Translations under genes and position numbers: made by a program
Notes under the pieces: generated by a model
What the model saw: only the letters and a program-made list of their open reading frames with translations
Database searches by the model: none
What the model was told of the DNA's origin: nothing
Assembly (NCBI RefSeq): GCF_000009705.1
Contig: NC_003272.1
Span: forward strand, 4,500,001-4,532,000
Direction: 5' to 3'
DNA: 32,000 bases
Source: Nostoc sp. PCC 7120 = FACHB-418
GTDB taxonomy: Bacteria > Cyanobacteriota > Cyanobacteriia > Cyanobacteriales > Nostocaceae
In this document: positions 17,098 through 25,190 of the stretch, piece after piece
Position numbering within the stretch: position 1 is the stretch's first letter
Layout: the number at the start of each line of letters is the position of its first letter

Positions 17098-18231
17098 TTA
17101 AACTTCAATGGTATGAGTTTGAGTTAGTTCTGTCATCAGTTCTGGGACAGATATGATGTCTTGGGTATAACCAGCATTTGCGCCCGAAAAAATTAGACCA
17201 TTTTCCACATCGCCACGGGCTGCTTGAGCAAGTGCTTGCAAAAGGCAATAAGTTTTTCCTTTATCTCGACACAAGCAAGTTTCTAAACAGTTAGCAATAC
17301 ATCGCTTTTCTAAGTTTGATGAATTACTCATTACCTGTTCTGTAAACAGATTATGTAAAGCACGACAGGGTTTGCCTACTGGACTGGGTACAGTCACAAT
17401 ATCTTTTGACTGGGCTTGTAGATGATAATCTTTATAACGCTGGTCGGCATCACATTCTACCGTGGTCACGAAGCGCGTACCAATTTGCACACCATCAGCC
17501 CCTATTGCTATCATCCGATCAATATCGGTGCGTGAAGCGGAGCTATCCTGAAGGGAATCGCTGATTCCTCCACTCACAATTAATGGTATGCTTGCACCTA
17601 AATGGTTTTTGCAATAATCCCGCAGTTGACGAATCACCAATTCCAGAGAAAATCCCGGAATATTAACTTGCTCACACTGGGTGAAGTGTCCCCCTACCTG
17701 TTGGCAATTCTCCACAATCAACGCATCTGGTAAACGATGATACCGACTTTGCCAAGTTTCACAAATCAACTGAGCCGCTTCCATGTTCGCCACACTCGGC
17801 ACTAGTGCCACATCGGGATATGCGGCGGTGTACTCTGGTAAAGTTAGGGGTAATCCTGCACCAGTGATGATGATATCTGCTCCTTGGGCAGCAGCAGTTT
17901 GGGCTAATACAGAATAATCTTTGGTAGCAACCAGAATGTTTACTCCAATCACCCCATCAGGGCTGATACTGCGGGCTGCTGCTAGTTCATCTATTAAAGC
18001 TAGGCGATTGGCTGTAAAAAAGCTGCGTTTTTTGCGTTTGTCAAAGTAGGGCGAATCTAAACCCAGTCCCAAAGAAGCAATCACGCCCACACCCCCAGCA
18101 TTGGCAACGGCTCCCGCTAATTTTGCTCCCGATACCCGCACGGCCATTGCCCCTTGAATGATGGGATGGCGGGCAATGTGTTTACCAATCCGTAAAGGCT
18201 GGAGGATACGGGTTTTTACAGAACTATTCAT
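17098..18231 (-). CDS. NAD(P)H-dependent flavin oxidoreductase of the nitronate monooxygenase / FabK-like family
   Basis: FMN TIM-barrel motifs are present: HPIIQGAMAVRVSG, NAGGVGVIAS, IIITGAGLP, LIVSGGI and GADGVQIGTRF. A Cys-rich insert lies at aa 311-329. Confidence 0.88.
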   Translation of the reverse strand: MNSSVKTRILQPLRIGKHIARHPIIQGAMAVRVSGAKLAGAVANAGGVGVIASLGLGLDSPYFDKRKKRSFFTANRLALIDELAAARSISPDGVIGVNILVATKDYSVLAQTAAAQGADIIITGAGLPLTLPEYTAAYPDVALVPSVANMEAAQLICETWQSRYHRLPDALIVENCQQVGGHFTQCEQVNIPGFSLELVIRQLRDYCKNHLGASIPLIVSGGISDSLQDSSASRTDIDRMIAIGADGVQIGTRFVTTVECDADQRYKDYHLQAQSKDIVTVPSPVGKPCRALHNLFTEQVMSNSSNLEKRCIANCLETCLCRDKGKTYCLLQALAQAARGDVENGLIFSGANAGYTQDIISVPELMTELTQTHTIEV

Positions 18232-18330
18232 TCATTAACTAAATAACTTTAGAGTAATTTTAACATCTCGGTGTCAATTGTCATGCGGATAACATTTATG
18301 TACTCAGCCGAAAAATTTTACTTACTTCGC

Positions 18331-18359
18331 TTGACAACTATATTATTATAAAGTTATAT
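18331..18359 (+). promoter_or_regulatory. Near-consensus sigma70-type promoter of the second psbA
   Basis: TTGACA (18331-18336), then 17 nt, then TTATAT (18354-18359). The predicted TSS is near 18366, which gives a leader of about 60 nt to the ATG at 18429. Confidence 0.55.
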
Positions 18360-18428
18360 ATGATTGTAAGACAAGTTACACCCTTGTCGGTTGATATTTC
18401 ACCATCACATTCGCAATTATCACAACAA

Positions 18429-19511
18429 ATGACAACACTTTTAGAACAGCGTAGTAGCGCTAATTTATGGCATAGATTCGGTAACTGGATTACCAGTACG
18501 GAAAATCGAATGTATGTTGGTTGGTTTGGAGTATTGTTGATTCCCACAGCCTTAACTGCGGCAATTGTCTTTATCCTTGCGTTTATTGCCGCGCCACCAG
18601 TTGACGTGGATGGCATTCGTGAACCAGTATCAGGTTCTTTGCTCTACGGTAATAACATTATTACTGCTACTGTAGTGCCAACTTCAGCCGCTATTGGCCT
18701 GCATCTATACCCTATATGGGAAGCGGCTTCTTTAGACGAATGGCTTTACAATGGCGGCCCTTACCAAATGATTGTCCTGCATTTCCTGATTGCCATCTAT
18801 GCTTATATGGGTCGGCAATGGGAACTAAGTTATCGCTTAGGGATGCGTCCGTGGATTCCTGTAGCTTTTTCTGCTCCCGTTGCGGCTGCAACAGCCGTGT
18901 TGTTGATTTATCCCATTGGGCAAGGCAGTTTTTCCGATGGGATGATGCTGGGTATTTCTGGCACATTCAACTTTATGATTGTGTTTTCACCGGAACATAA
19001 TATTCTCATGCACCCATTCCACATGATTGGTGTGGCTGGAGTCTTTGGTGGGGCATTATTCTCGGCAATGCACGGTTCCTTGGTGACATCTACATTAGTG
19101 CGGGAAACCTCAGAAGTAGAATCAGCCAATACTGGCTATAAGTTTGGTCAAGAAGAGGAAACCTACAATATCGTAGCTGCACATGGTTACTTTGGGCGGT
19201 TAATCTTCCAATATGCCAGCTTTAACAACTCCCGTTCTTTGCATTTCTTTCTAGCAGCTTGGCCAGTAATTGGCATCTGGTTTGCGGCTTTGGGTATCAG
19301 CACCATGTCCTTTAACTTGAATGGGTTCAACTTCAATAACTCAATTTTGGATCACCAAGGACGGACAATTGACACTTGGGCAGACCTGCTCAACAGAGCC
19401 AACTTAGGGATTGAAGTGATGCACGAGCGAAATGCTCACAACTTCCCGCTAGATTTAGCGTCTGGTGAAGTTCAACCAATTGCTTTGACTGCTCCAGCGA
19501 TCGCTAGTTAG
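18429..19511 (+). CDS. psbA: Photosystem II D1 protein, divergent D1' (low-oxygen type) isoform, 360 aa
   Basis: The protein starts [14 protein letters not shown] and aligns residue for residue with canonical D1. It carries A80 (gct 18666-18668), L158 (ttg 18900-18902), A286 (gcg 19284-19286) and Q130 (caa 18816-18818). All Mn4Ca, TyrZ and non-haem Fe ligands are kept: D170, E189, Y161, H190, H198, H215, H272, H332, E333, H337, D342 and A344. Confidence 0.95.
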   Translation: MTTLLEQRSSANLWHRFGNWITSTENRMYVGWFGVLLIPTALTAAIVFILAFIAAPPVDVDGIREPVSGSLLYGNNIITATVVPTSAAIGLHLYPIWEAASLDEWLYNGGPYQMIVLHFLIAIYAYMGRQWELSYRLGMRPWIPVAFSAPVAAATAVLLIYPIGQGSFSDGMMLGISGTFNFMIVFSPEHNILMHPFHMIGVAGVFGGALFSAMHGSLVTSTLVRETSEVESANTGYKFGQEEETYNIVAAHGYFGRLIFQYASFNNSRSLHFFLAAWPVIGIWFAALGISTMSFNLNGFNFNNSILDHQGRTIDTWADLLNRANLGIEVMHERNAHNFPLDLASGEVQPIALTAPAIAS

Positions 19512-19539
19512 TTTCTCCTGTGTATACTGCTTAGTAGAT

Positions 19540-19569
19540 AGCACCCTAATTTTAGGGTGCTTTATTTTT
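19540..19569. terminator. Bidirectional intrinsic terminator between convergent psbA and the arsR-family gene
   Basis: AGCACCCTAA-tt-TTAGGGTGCT is a 10-bp palindromic stem, followed by TTATTTTT. It starts 29 nt after the psbA TAG. Confidence 0.75.
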
Positions 19570-19586
19570 AGATGACTATGTGATTG

Positions 19587-19949
19587 TTAAAAAATTGGTG
19601 TTTTCTCTTGAAGGGCTTTCAGACTCTTAGCCTGCTGTAGTAAACGTTGACTAATGCGATCGCATACTAACTCACAAAGTTCAAATATCATTGGATCAGT
19701 AATCTCGTAATAAGCACTGGTACCCTTAGGCTGACGAGATACCAGACCTGCTTGAGTTAACACTTTTAAATGCTTAGACAAATTTGCCTGTCCTAAGCCA
19801 GTCGCCTCTGCAATTTCCATCACATTCATTGGCCCTGACTTGAGACAAGACAATATCTGTAATCGACTGGACTCCGATAGTACCTTAAAATAGTCAGCAA
19901 CCGCCACAAGAACAGACGGATCAGCCTGGGATGGCTTTGTTTTTGGCAT
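19587..19949 (-). CDS. ArsR/SmtB-family winged-helix regulator lacking canonical metal sites (Cys35, Cys92, Cys96)
   Basis: Key segments are VADYFKVLSESSRLQILSCL, MNVMEIAEATGLGQANLSKHLKVLTQAGLV, and the wing SRQPKGTSAYYEITD. I chose the ATG at 19949 (MPKTKPSQ). There is no ELCVCDL alpha3 site and no DxHx10Hx2(E/H) alpha5 site. Confidence 0.88.
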   Translation of the reverse strand: MPKTKPSQADPSVLVAVADYFKVLSESSRLQILSCLKSGPMNVMEIAEATGLGQANLSKHLKVLTQAGLVSRQPKGTSAYYEITDPMIFELCELVCDRISQRLLQQAKSLKALQEKTPIF

Positions 19950-20020
19950 AGTGAGATTTAATTGCCGACACAAAAAGCGTTTAATAACTAGTTGGTATTA
20001 TAGCTAAATACGATTAAAGT

Positions 20021-20069
20021 TTGTCGTCAGTAGTCAACCGTCAACCGTTAACTGTCAACCGTTGACCAC
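20021..20069. repeat. Seven-unit heptamer array between crtO and the arsR-family gene
   Basis: TTGTCGT CAGTAGT CAACCGT CAACCGT TAACTGT CAACCGT TGACCAC. The array ends 3 nt from the crtO stop codon (TAG, 20073-20075 on the minus strand). Confidence 0.8.
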
Positions 20070-20072
20070 AGA

Positions 20073-21770
20073 CTATTGATTAATCCCAAAAACCGACCCA
20101 ACCGTTGATTTAATCGAATCCCTGGCATCCTTGAGAGTCTGAGTAATGGGGTGCTTAGTCTGCAAAAATACCCGCGCACAGTTGCGTCCTGGCATTCCCG
20201 AAATCGAACCACCGGGATGAGTACCTGCACCAGTGAGAAATAGATTATCGATGGGGGTCTTGTAGTTGGCTATTTCTGGCAAAGGACGGAAAAAGACCAT
20301 TTGATCCAAGGTCATATCAATATGGTAGTAATTACCTTTGTATGCGCCTAGTCTTTCTCCCAATTCCGCCGGGCTTTCTACACGACGGGCAATAGTGGCT
20401 GTTTTGACATTTGGCGCATAGGTAGCCAGTTTATCAACTACCTTGTCTGCAACTTGGTTTTTCAATTCGTCCGTCCAACCAGTACCTTTGAAACCGGTAC
20501 CTTCTGCACCAGCAATTTGATAAGGGGCGAAAAACTCAATCCAGACTGTATGTTTGCCAGAAGGTGCTAATGTGGGGTCGAGATAGCTAGGCATAACTAC
20601 GTACATCGATGGGTCGGAATCAGGAATCTCTCCCAATGTACATTTACTATGTGCTTGTTCCACATGGGCTACAGAATCAGCAATTAAAATAGACCCAACC
20701 AAGTATTCATCTTTATGGGCGTGGAAAGGAAAACGCAAGGGTTCATCTAAGGCCAAATCTATCTTGAGAATGGTTTCGTTGTTGTTGACAATGCGCCGTT
20801 CCAATCTTTCCCATAAATCTGGGTCGGCTGCATCTACATCACTTTTATCGGTCATTTGCAAAAATAACCGTTTTGCGTCGATGTTAGAAATCACACCATA
20901 TTTAGCACGATATTCTGTACCACCACTTACCCGCACACCAACGGCTTTACCGTCATCAATTAAAACTTTTTCGACTTGTTGGTCTGTGAGAATCACACCG
21001 CCTTTACTTATGACTAAATTTACTAACGCTTTAATTAATGCGCCAGTACCGCCGCGAGGTCTAGCCATCCCCGGATTGTGACGCATTGCCATCATGATTG
21101 CACCAATAGCGATCGTTTTTTGGGATGGTGGTGCGCCGAGTTCTGATGCTAATCTTGCTAGGGGTGCTTTGAGAAATTCCGAATCAAACCACTCATTGAG
21201 AATATCTTCTGCGCTGGTTAACATATTGCGAATGAAGTCCAGCGTTTTGTTAGGAGAACCGATGACTGAAAATAAATCCTTGAATTTCGTGATATCGTAA
21301 TTACCAACAATATCAATAATTGATTTTGGCGGGGCATTAAACATAGGAATCATTGCACCTATTGCCCGTTGCCAATATTCGGTAAACTCGGCGTATTTTT
21401 TAGCATCACGTTCGCTGTACCGAGCGATTTCTGCACAAGTTTTTTCTAAAGATTTATGAGCCAAAAAATACTTACCATCAGGATGAGGACAAAATACAAC
21501 TGGATCACACTCTAAATATTCCAAGCCATATTTCCCCAGTTCTAATTCCTCAACAACTGGCCCCAAGTGAATAAATTCGTGATCAATGGCACACAAATTA
21601 AATTTAAACCCTGGTGCTTCTTTTGGCAAACACTCCTCTGTTGTAGCTGCACCACCAGGAACAGAACGCTTTTCGAGTAGCAGGACACTATAGCCAGCTT
21701 TCAGCAAATAAGCGGCACAAACTAGCCCGTTATGTCCTGCACCAATCATTACAACATCATATTCTTGCAT
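20073..21770 (-). CDS. crtO: CrtI-family FAD-dependent oxidoreductase, most likely beta-carotene ketolase CrtO
   Basis: The N-terminal dinucleotide fold is YDVVMIGAGHNGLVCAAYLLKAGYSVLLLEKRSVPGGAATTEE. The 565-aa protein is collinear with Synechocystis CrtO (slr0088) as I remember it (CAIDHEF..LGPV..EL.L..YGLEYL.CDP.VFCP). The position fits all3744. Confidence 0.8.
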   Translation of the reverse strand: MQEYDVVMIGAGHNGLVCAAYLLKAGYSVLLLEKRSVPGGAATTEECLPKEAPGFKFNLCAIDHEFIHLGPVVEELELGKYGLEYLECDPVVFCPHPDGKYFLAHKSLEKTCAEIARYSERDAKKYAEFTEYWQRAIGAMIPMFNAPPKSIIDIVGNYDITKFKDLFSVIGSPNKTLDFIRNMLTSAEDILNEWFDSEFLKAPLARLASELGAPPSQKTIAIGAIMMAMRHNPGMARPRGGTGALIKALVNLVISKGGVILTDQQVEKVLIDDGKAVGVRVSGGTEYRAKYGVISNIDAKRLFLQMTDKSDVDAADPDLWERLERRIVNNNETILKIDLALDEPLRFPFHAHKDEYLVGSILIADSVAHVEQAHSKCTLGEIPDSDPSMYVVMPSYLDPTLAPSGKHTVWIEFFAPYQIAGAEGTGFKGTGWTDELKNQVADKVVDKLATYAPNVKTATIARRVESPAELGERLGAYKGNYYHIDMTLDQMVFFRPLPEIANYKTPIDNLFLTGAGTHPGGSISGMPGRNCARVFLQTKHPITQTLKDARDSIKSTVGSVFGINQ

Positions 21771-21878
21771 ATTTGTTATCTTGAATTAGAGTGGCTTGAT
21801 AATATTACAAAGGGTGAAACGAAATTACAACTTTGATAGTTATTAGTAAATAAACTACAGGTAATCTTACTGGTATTT

Positions 21879-22637
21879 TTACTCAGATTTTTCCATAATT
21901 GATTCAGGTAATTGAGCGAGATTCACTTCTAATAAAAGTATTAATATACTTTGGCGAATTTCCATATTTTTAATACGAATCTTCATGCCTTCCCAGACAA
22001 AATAAGGGAGACTTACTAGTTCTTTAGCTTTCTGCACTAATGCGGTAATTAATTCTAAAGAAACCCCTTTTCCTTCTGTACAATGGAAACTTTCTAATAT
22101 TATAGGTTGGCAATGAGTCCGGGGACGAAGCATAGCAGTAAAACCAAGCGATCGCCTATTATTCTTTTCTTTTAATAAAAAACTCCCGCGAAAGCCCATC
22201 TGTCCATCACTAGGCAAAAATATTTGCACATCTTGCATTTCAAAACTAATAATTTCTCCCTCCACATTTAACTCAAAATCTTGCATGAAATTACGAGTAA
22301 AATCTGAGGCGATGGCAGAGTTAATATCGGCTTCTGTGAGAATGACACGAGCAGTTAAATTTACAGGCTTATCTAGTTGAACTTCTCCAAAAATGGCACT
22401 TAGTGGATTGATAGCAATACTATCTGTTTTTACTTGGATCTCTTGAACACGGATATTTTGTTTAGTTACTAAGCCTTGACCACTAACTGTTACACCATCG
22501 GCTTGTCCCTGAACTACTTTTAAAATATCAGTCTGGACATAAATGTCAATTTGCTCGGCTGTATCTAGCTGATTTGATATACTTCTTTCAGCTACCTGAG
22601 ATATTAACTTTTCTTCTAAATTCTGCTTATCTGGCAT
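21879..22637 (-). CDS. DUF2993 (LmeA-like) family protein
   Basis: From MPDKQNLEEKLISQVAERSISNQL the protein shows a repeated beta-rich pattern (IDIYVQTDILKVVQGQADGVTVSGQGL...IQVKTDSIAINPLS) typical of DUF2993. I prefer the ATG at 22637 to the upstream in-frame start at 22721. Confidence 0.65.
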   Translation of the reverse strand: MPDKQNLEEKLISQVAERSISNQLDTAEQIDIYVQTDILKVVQGQADGVTVSGQGLVTKQNIRVQEIQVKTDSIAINPLSAIFGEVQLDKPVNLTARVILTEADINSAIASDFTRNFMQDFELNVEGEIISFEMQDVQIFLPSDGQMGFRGSFLLKEKNNRRSLGFTAMLRPRTHCQPIILESFHCTEGKGVSLELITALVQKAKELVSLPYFVWEGMKIRIKNMEIRQSILILLLEVNLAQLPESIMEKSE

Positions 22638-22920
22638 GAACTTATATTTTCCTAGTTTCCTCTCATTAATAACTTTAAACTCTAAATAGCCAATATCGGA
22701 TCTACAATATGGTATATACAAAAAAACAAATAGTTACTACTAAAATATTTTTTAGGCAAATCATTAATATTCAATAAGCCCTAAGAATGATTTATTAAGA
22801 TTGAATCATTCTTGAGAAATAATTCCTCTCGGAGTTGTTTTTTGAAAGGGGTTCACTTAAAAACTATTAATTCCCGACTTCGTGGAGAAGCCTGGGATAA
22901 TACCAACTCAAAATTCAAAA

Positions 22921-22960
22921 TACCCTACGGGTACTCTGCGAGAACGCCTTTGGCGAAAGC
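22921..22960. repeat. Copy of a dispersed GC-rich repeat core
   Basis: TACCCTACGGG-tactctgcgag-AACGCCTTTGGCGAAAGC matches the reverse complement of 9076-9105 (TACCCTACGGGAACGCCAAGGGCGAAAGCC) apart from an 11-nt insertion. Confidence 0.5.
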
Positions 22961-23114
22961 AGTTCCGTTCGCGCGAGCGTTGTGTAGCAAAGGAAAGCTA
23001 AAGCTGCAAAATGAAGAATCAAGACAGGATAAGCATTTGGGGCTGTATATCTGGCGCATTCTTTTTTCAAATTGGTATAAGCTAATGCACATCTAAATTG
23101 CATAACTACTAATA

Positions 23115-23139
23115 AGGGCTGTTAACAGTTAACAGCCCT
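23115..23139 (-). terminator. Perfect palindromic hairpin downstream of the P450 gene
   Basis: AGGGCTGTTAAC-a-GTTAACAGCCCT has 12-nt arms. It lies 19 nt after the P450 stop on the minus strand and is followed by a T-rich CTTATTAGT. Confidence 0.6.
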
Positions 23140-23157
23140 CACGATAGATTGTGCAAC

Positions 23158-24546
23158 TTAACTTACAGTAGTTGTTTCTAGAATCCGAGATGTGATTTGA
23201 CGCTGACTCTTAATCACCATCTCGATAGGACGGTGTGGGCCTGTTACTAAACCACGACGTTTTGGTCGAACTTCCACACTATTATTAACTAATTCTAATT
23301 CATAGCTAGTAAGGATTTTAGCAAGTGCTAATTTCATCTCCCATTGGGCAAAAGCCAGGCCAAGACAGCGTCTCGTACCACCACCAAAGGGTAGATACTC
23401 ATAGGGTGAAAACTGCCTTTCTAAAAATCTTTCTGGTTTAAACTTTTTCGGCTCTGGATATAAGTCTTCCCTGTGGTGGGTCAAGTAAATTGAACCTAAA
23501 ACTGGTGTACCTGGTGGGAGTTCATAACCACCCAATGCCATAGTTTCGATGACTCTCCTGGCGAAAGTTAGCATTGCTACTGGGTAAATTCTCAGGGTTT
23601 CAGAGTAAACAGCATTGAGATAGGGCAATTTGAAGATGGTAGTGGAGTCTGGATTATCTCCTAAACTATCTAATTCTTCCAGTAATCTGGCTTTGACTGG
23701 GGGTAGTTTATGAATCCAATACATAGCCCAAGCTAAGGCTGTAGCTGTGGTTTCATGACCTGCTACTAACAGTGTCATCAATTCATCGCGTAATTCCACA
23801 TCGGTCATTGGTTGACCGTCTGCATCCCTAGCATCCATGAGTAAGCTCAGAATATCGGTGCGTGATGGGTCGGGATTTTCTCGACGTTCTTGAATTTCTT
23901 GGTAGATGAGTTCGTCAGCTTGCTGTTGTATTTGTACTTGTTCACCCCAAAACTTAATCGGGCCAAAATCCCGGCGTAAGGATGGGAAATAAAGCAACGC
24001 CACACTAAAGGGGGAACTGCTTTTTTCTAAAAGGTCAGACAACAAATGTTGTAGTTTTTCAGCACGGGAACCTTCATATAAACCAAATACCGCCTGCATA
24101 ATTACCCTTAAGGTAATGGCTTGAGTCACAGACCGGACTTGAAAGGGTTGACCTATCTGGTGTTGGCTGATAACTTTTTCGGTGACATCGGTAATCACCT
24201 GACTGTAGCCCCGCATCCTTTCGCCATGAAAGGGTGGCATTAATAATTGCCGTTGCCGTTGGTGTTCTGCGCCAGAAAGAGTAATTACAGAGCGTTTACC
24301 TAATAAAGGTTCAAATAAATCATTCCAATCACCTGGTGAGTCCAGTTGGTTGTTATCGTTGGTTAAAATTTGCTGTATATCTTTGGGGTTGCTGAGAAAT
24401 ACTATCGCTGGGACATCTTTGGCTAACTTTACCGAGAAAATATCTCCGTAACGTTTAGCGCAGTCTTCCAGAAAGGACATGGGGCTAAAAACCCAGCGCA
24501 GTACTTGGACAAAAACGGGAGTTTGGGGGCCTTTTGGTAGGTGCAT
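23158..24546 (-). CDS. Cytochrome P450
   Basis: Motifs are the haem-thiolate loop FGGGTRRCLGLAFA, ExxR (SETLRIYP) and I-helix LLVAGHETTATAL. I use the first ATG at 24546 (MHLPKGPQ). The ORF-track start at 24567 is a TTG. Confidence 0.93.
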   Translation of the reverse strand: MHLPKGPQTPVFVQVLRWVFSPMSFLEDCAKRYGDIFSVKLAKDVPAIVFLSNPKDIQQILTNDNNQLDSPGDWNDLFEPLLGKRSVITLSGAEHQRQRQLLMPPFHGERMRGYSQVITDVTEKVISQHQIGQPFQVRSVTQAITLRVIMQAVFGLYEGSRAEKLQHLLSDLLEKSSSPFSVALLYFPSLRRDFGPIKFWGEQVQIQQQADELIYQEIQERRENPDPSRTDILSLLMDARDADGQPMTDVELRDELMTLLVAGHETTATALAWAMYWIHKLPPVKARLLEELDSLGDNPDSTTIFKLPYLNAVYSETLRIYPVAMLTFARRVIETMALGGYELPPGTPVLGSIYLTHHREDLYPEPKKFKPERFLERQFSPYEYLPFGGGTRRCLGLAFAQWEMKLALAKILTSYELELVNNSVEVRPKRRGLVTGPHRPIEMVIKSQRQITSRILETTTVS

Positions 24547-24622
24547 AGAGTTTTTAGAAATTAGCAAGTGCTGTGTGCAAAGTAAAAAATACTTACCTCT
24601 AATTATTAGTAATCATGGTTTT

Positions 24623-24639
24623 GGTGGGCAATGCCCACC
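24623..24639. repeat. GGTGGGCAATGCCCACC palindrome (common Nostoc intergenic motif)
   Basis: GGTGGGC-aat-GCCCACC sits in the cupin-P450 spacer. Next to it is a GCGGAAGCCTCTCGTAGAGATGCCGCAGGC repeat (24693-24722, approximate). Confidence 0.4.
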
Positions 24640-24734
24640 CTACTAATCCTAAATTCCCGTGACAACACGGAAAAAGCGAATTGCGTTTTGGCGGAAGCCT
24701 CTCGTAGAGATGCCGCAGGCTATTGCGAATTGGT

Positions 24735-25190
24735 TTAACAAGGCATCAAGGCATCTAATCTGCCGAGTACTGCCATATCTTCTGCATCTAACTCTAAGGG
24801 TGTACCACTACGAATTAGCTCGGCAAAGTCTTCGTTAGGAACCATAATTGTTAATGTGTACAGGCGACTAGAGCCTGTATTTTTGATTAAATGGGTGCCT
24901 GTGGGAGGTACTAATAAACTATCTCCGGCTTTGATAGGGACTTTTTTGCCGTCACACATGGCTATGCCTTCCCCTTTAATGACAAAAAACATTTCTACCG
25001 CCCATTGATGACGATTAGGTGGTGTTTGTCCGCCGACTTCAAAAATTTCTACGCAGCAGGTTAGGGAAGTGTTAGCGTTGGTGGAATCAAAAATAATTGC
25101 TAACCGATTTGTATCGTGAGGGCTAATACGATATACTTGGTAGTCTTTGGGTGATTTAATAACAGGAATTACGCAACGAGTAGCTTGCAT
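24735..25190 (-). CDS. Cupin-domain protein
   Basis: Cupin motif 1 is degenerate (PPNRHQWAVEMFFVIKGEG). Motif 2 is GDSLLVPPTGTHLIKN. The ATG directly abuts the stop codon of the upstream hydrolase gene. Confidence 0.8.
   Translation of the reverse strand: MQATRCVIPVIKSPKDYQVYRISPHDTNRLAIIFDSTNANTSLTCCVEIFEVGGQTPPNRHQWAVEMFFVIKGEGIAMCDGKKVPIKAGDSLLVPPTGTHLIKNTGSSRLYTLTIMVPNEDFAELIRSGTPLELDAEDMAVLGRLDALMPC

Noticed and set aside
18338-18616. The 23-codon N-terminal extension of the second psbA (start at 18360), and the antisense 92-aa ORF
   Set aside because: The ATG at 18360 sits immediately after, and partly within, the predicted -10 element. The conserved D1 N-terminus MTT..QR starts at 18429 and gives the canonical 360-aa length.
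18429-19511. The idea that the divergent psbA is a rogue D1 or ChlF-type (super-rogue) paralogue
   Set aside because: All Mn-cluster ligands (D170, E189, H332, E333, H337, D342, A344) and TyrZ/H190 are intact. The substitution pattern matches the D1' class instead.
20048-21300. Small ORFs (60-105 aa) overlapping crtO
   Set aside because: They are shadow ORFs inside a full-length CrtI-family gene.
22812-23103. Mutually overlapping 94-aa and 62-aa ORFs
   Set aside because: They are repeat-derived and overlap on opposite strands. They have no RBS and odd composition.
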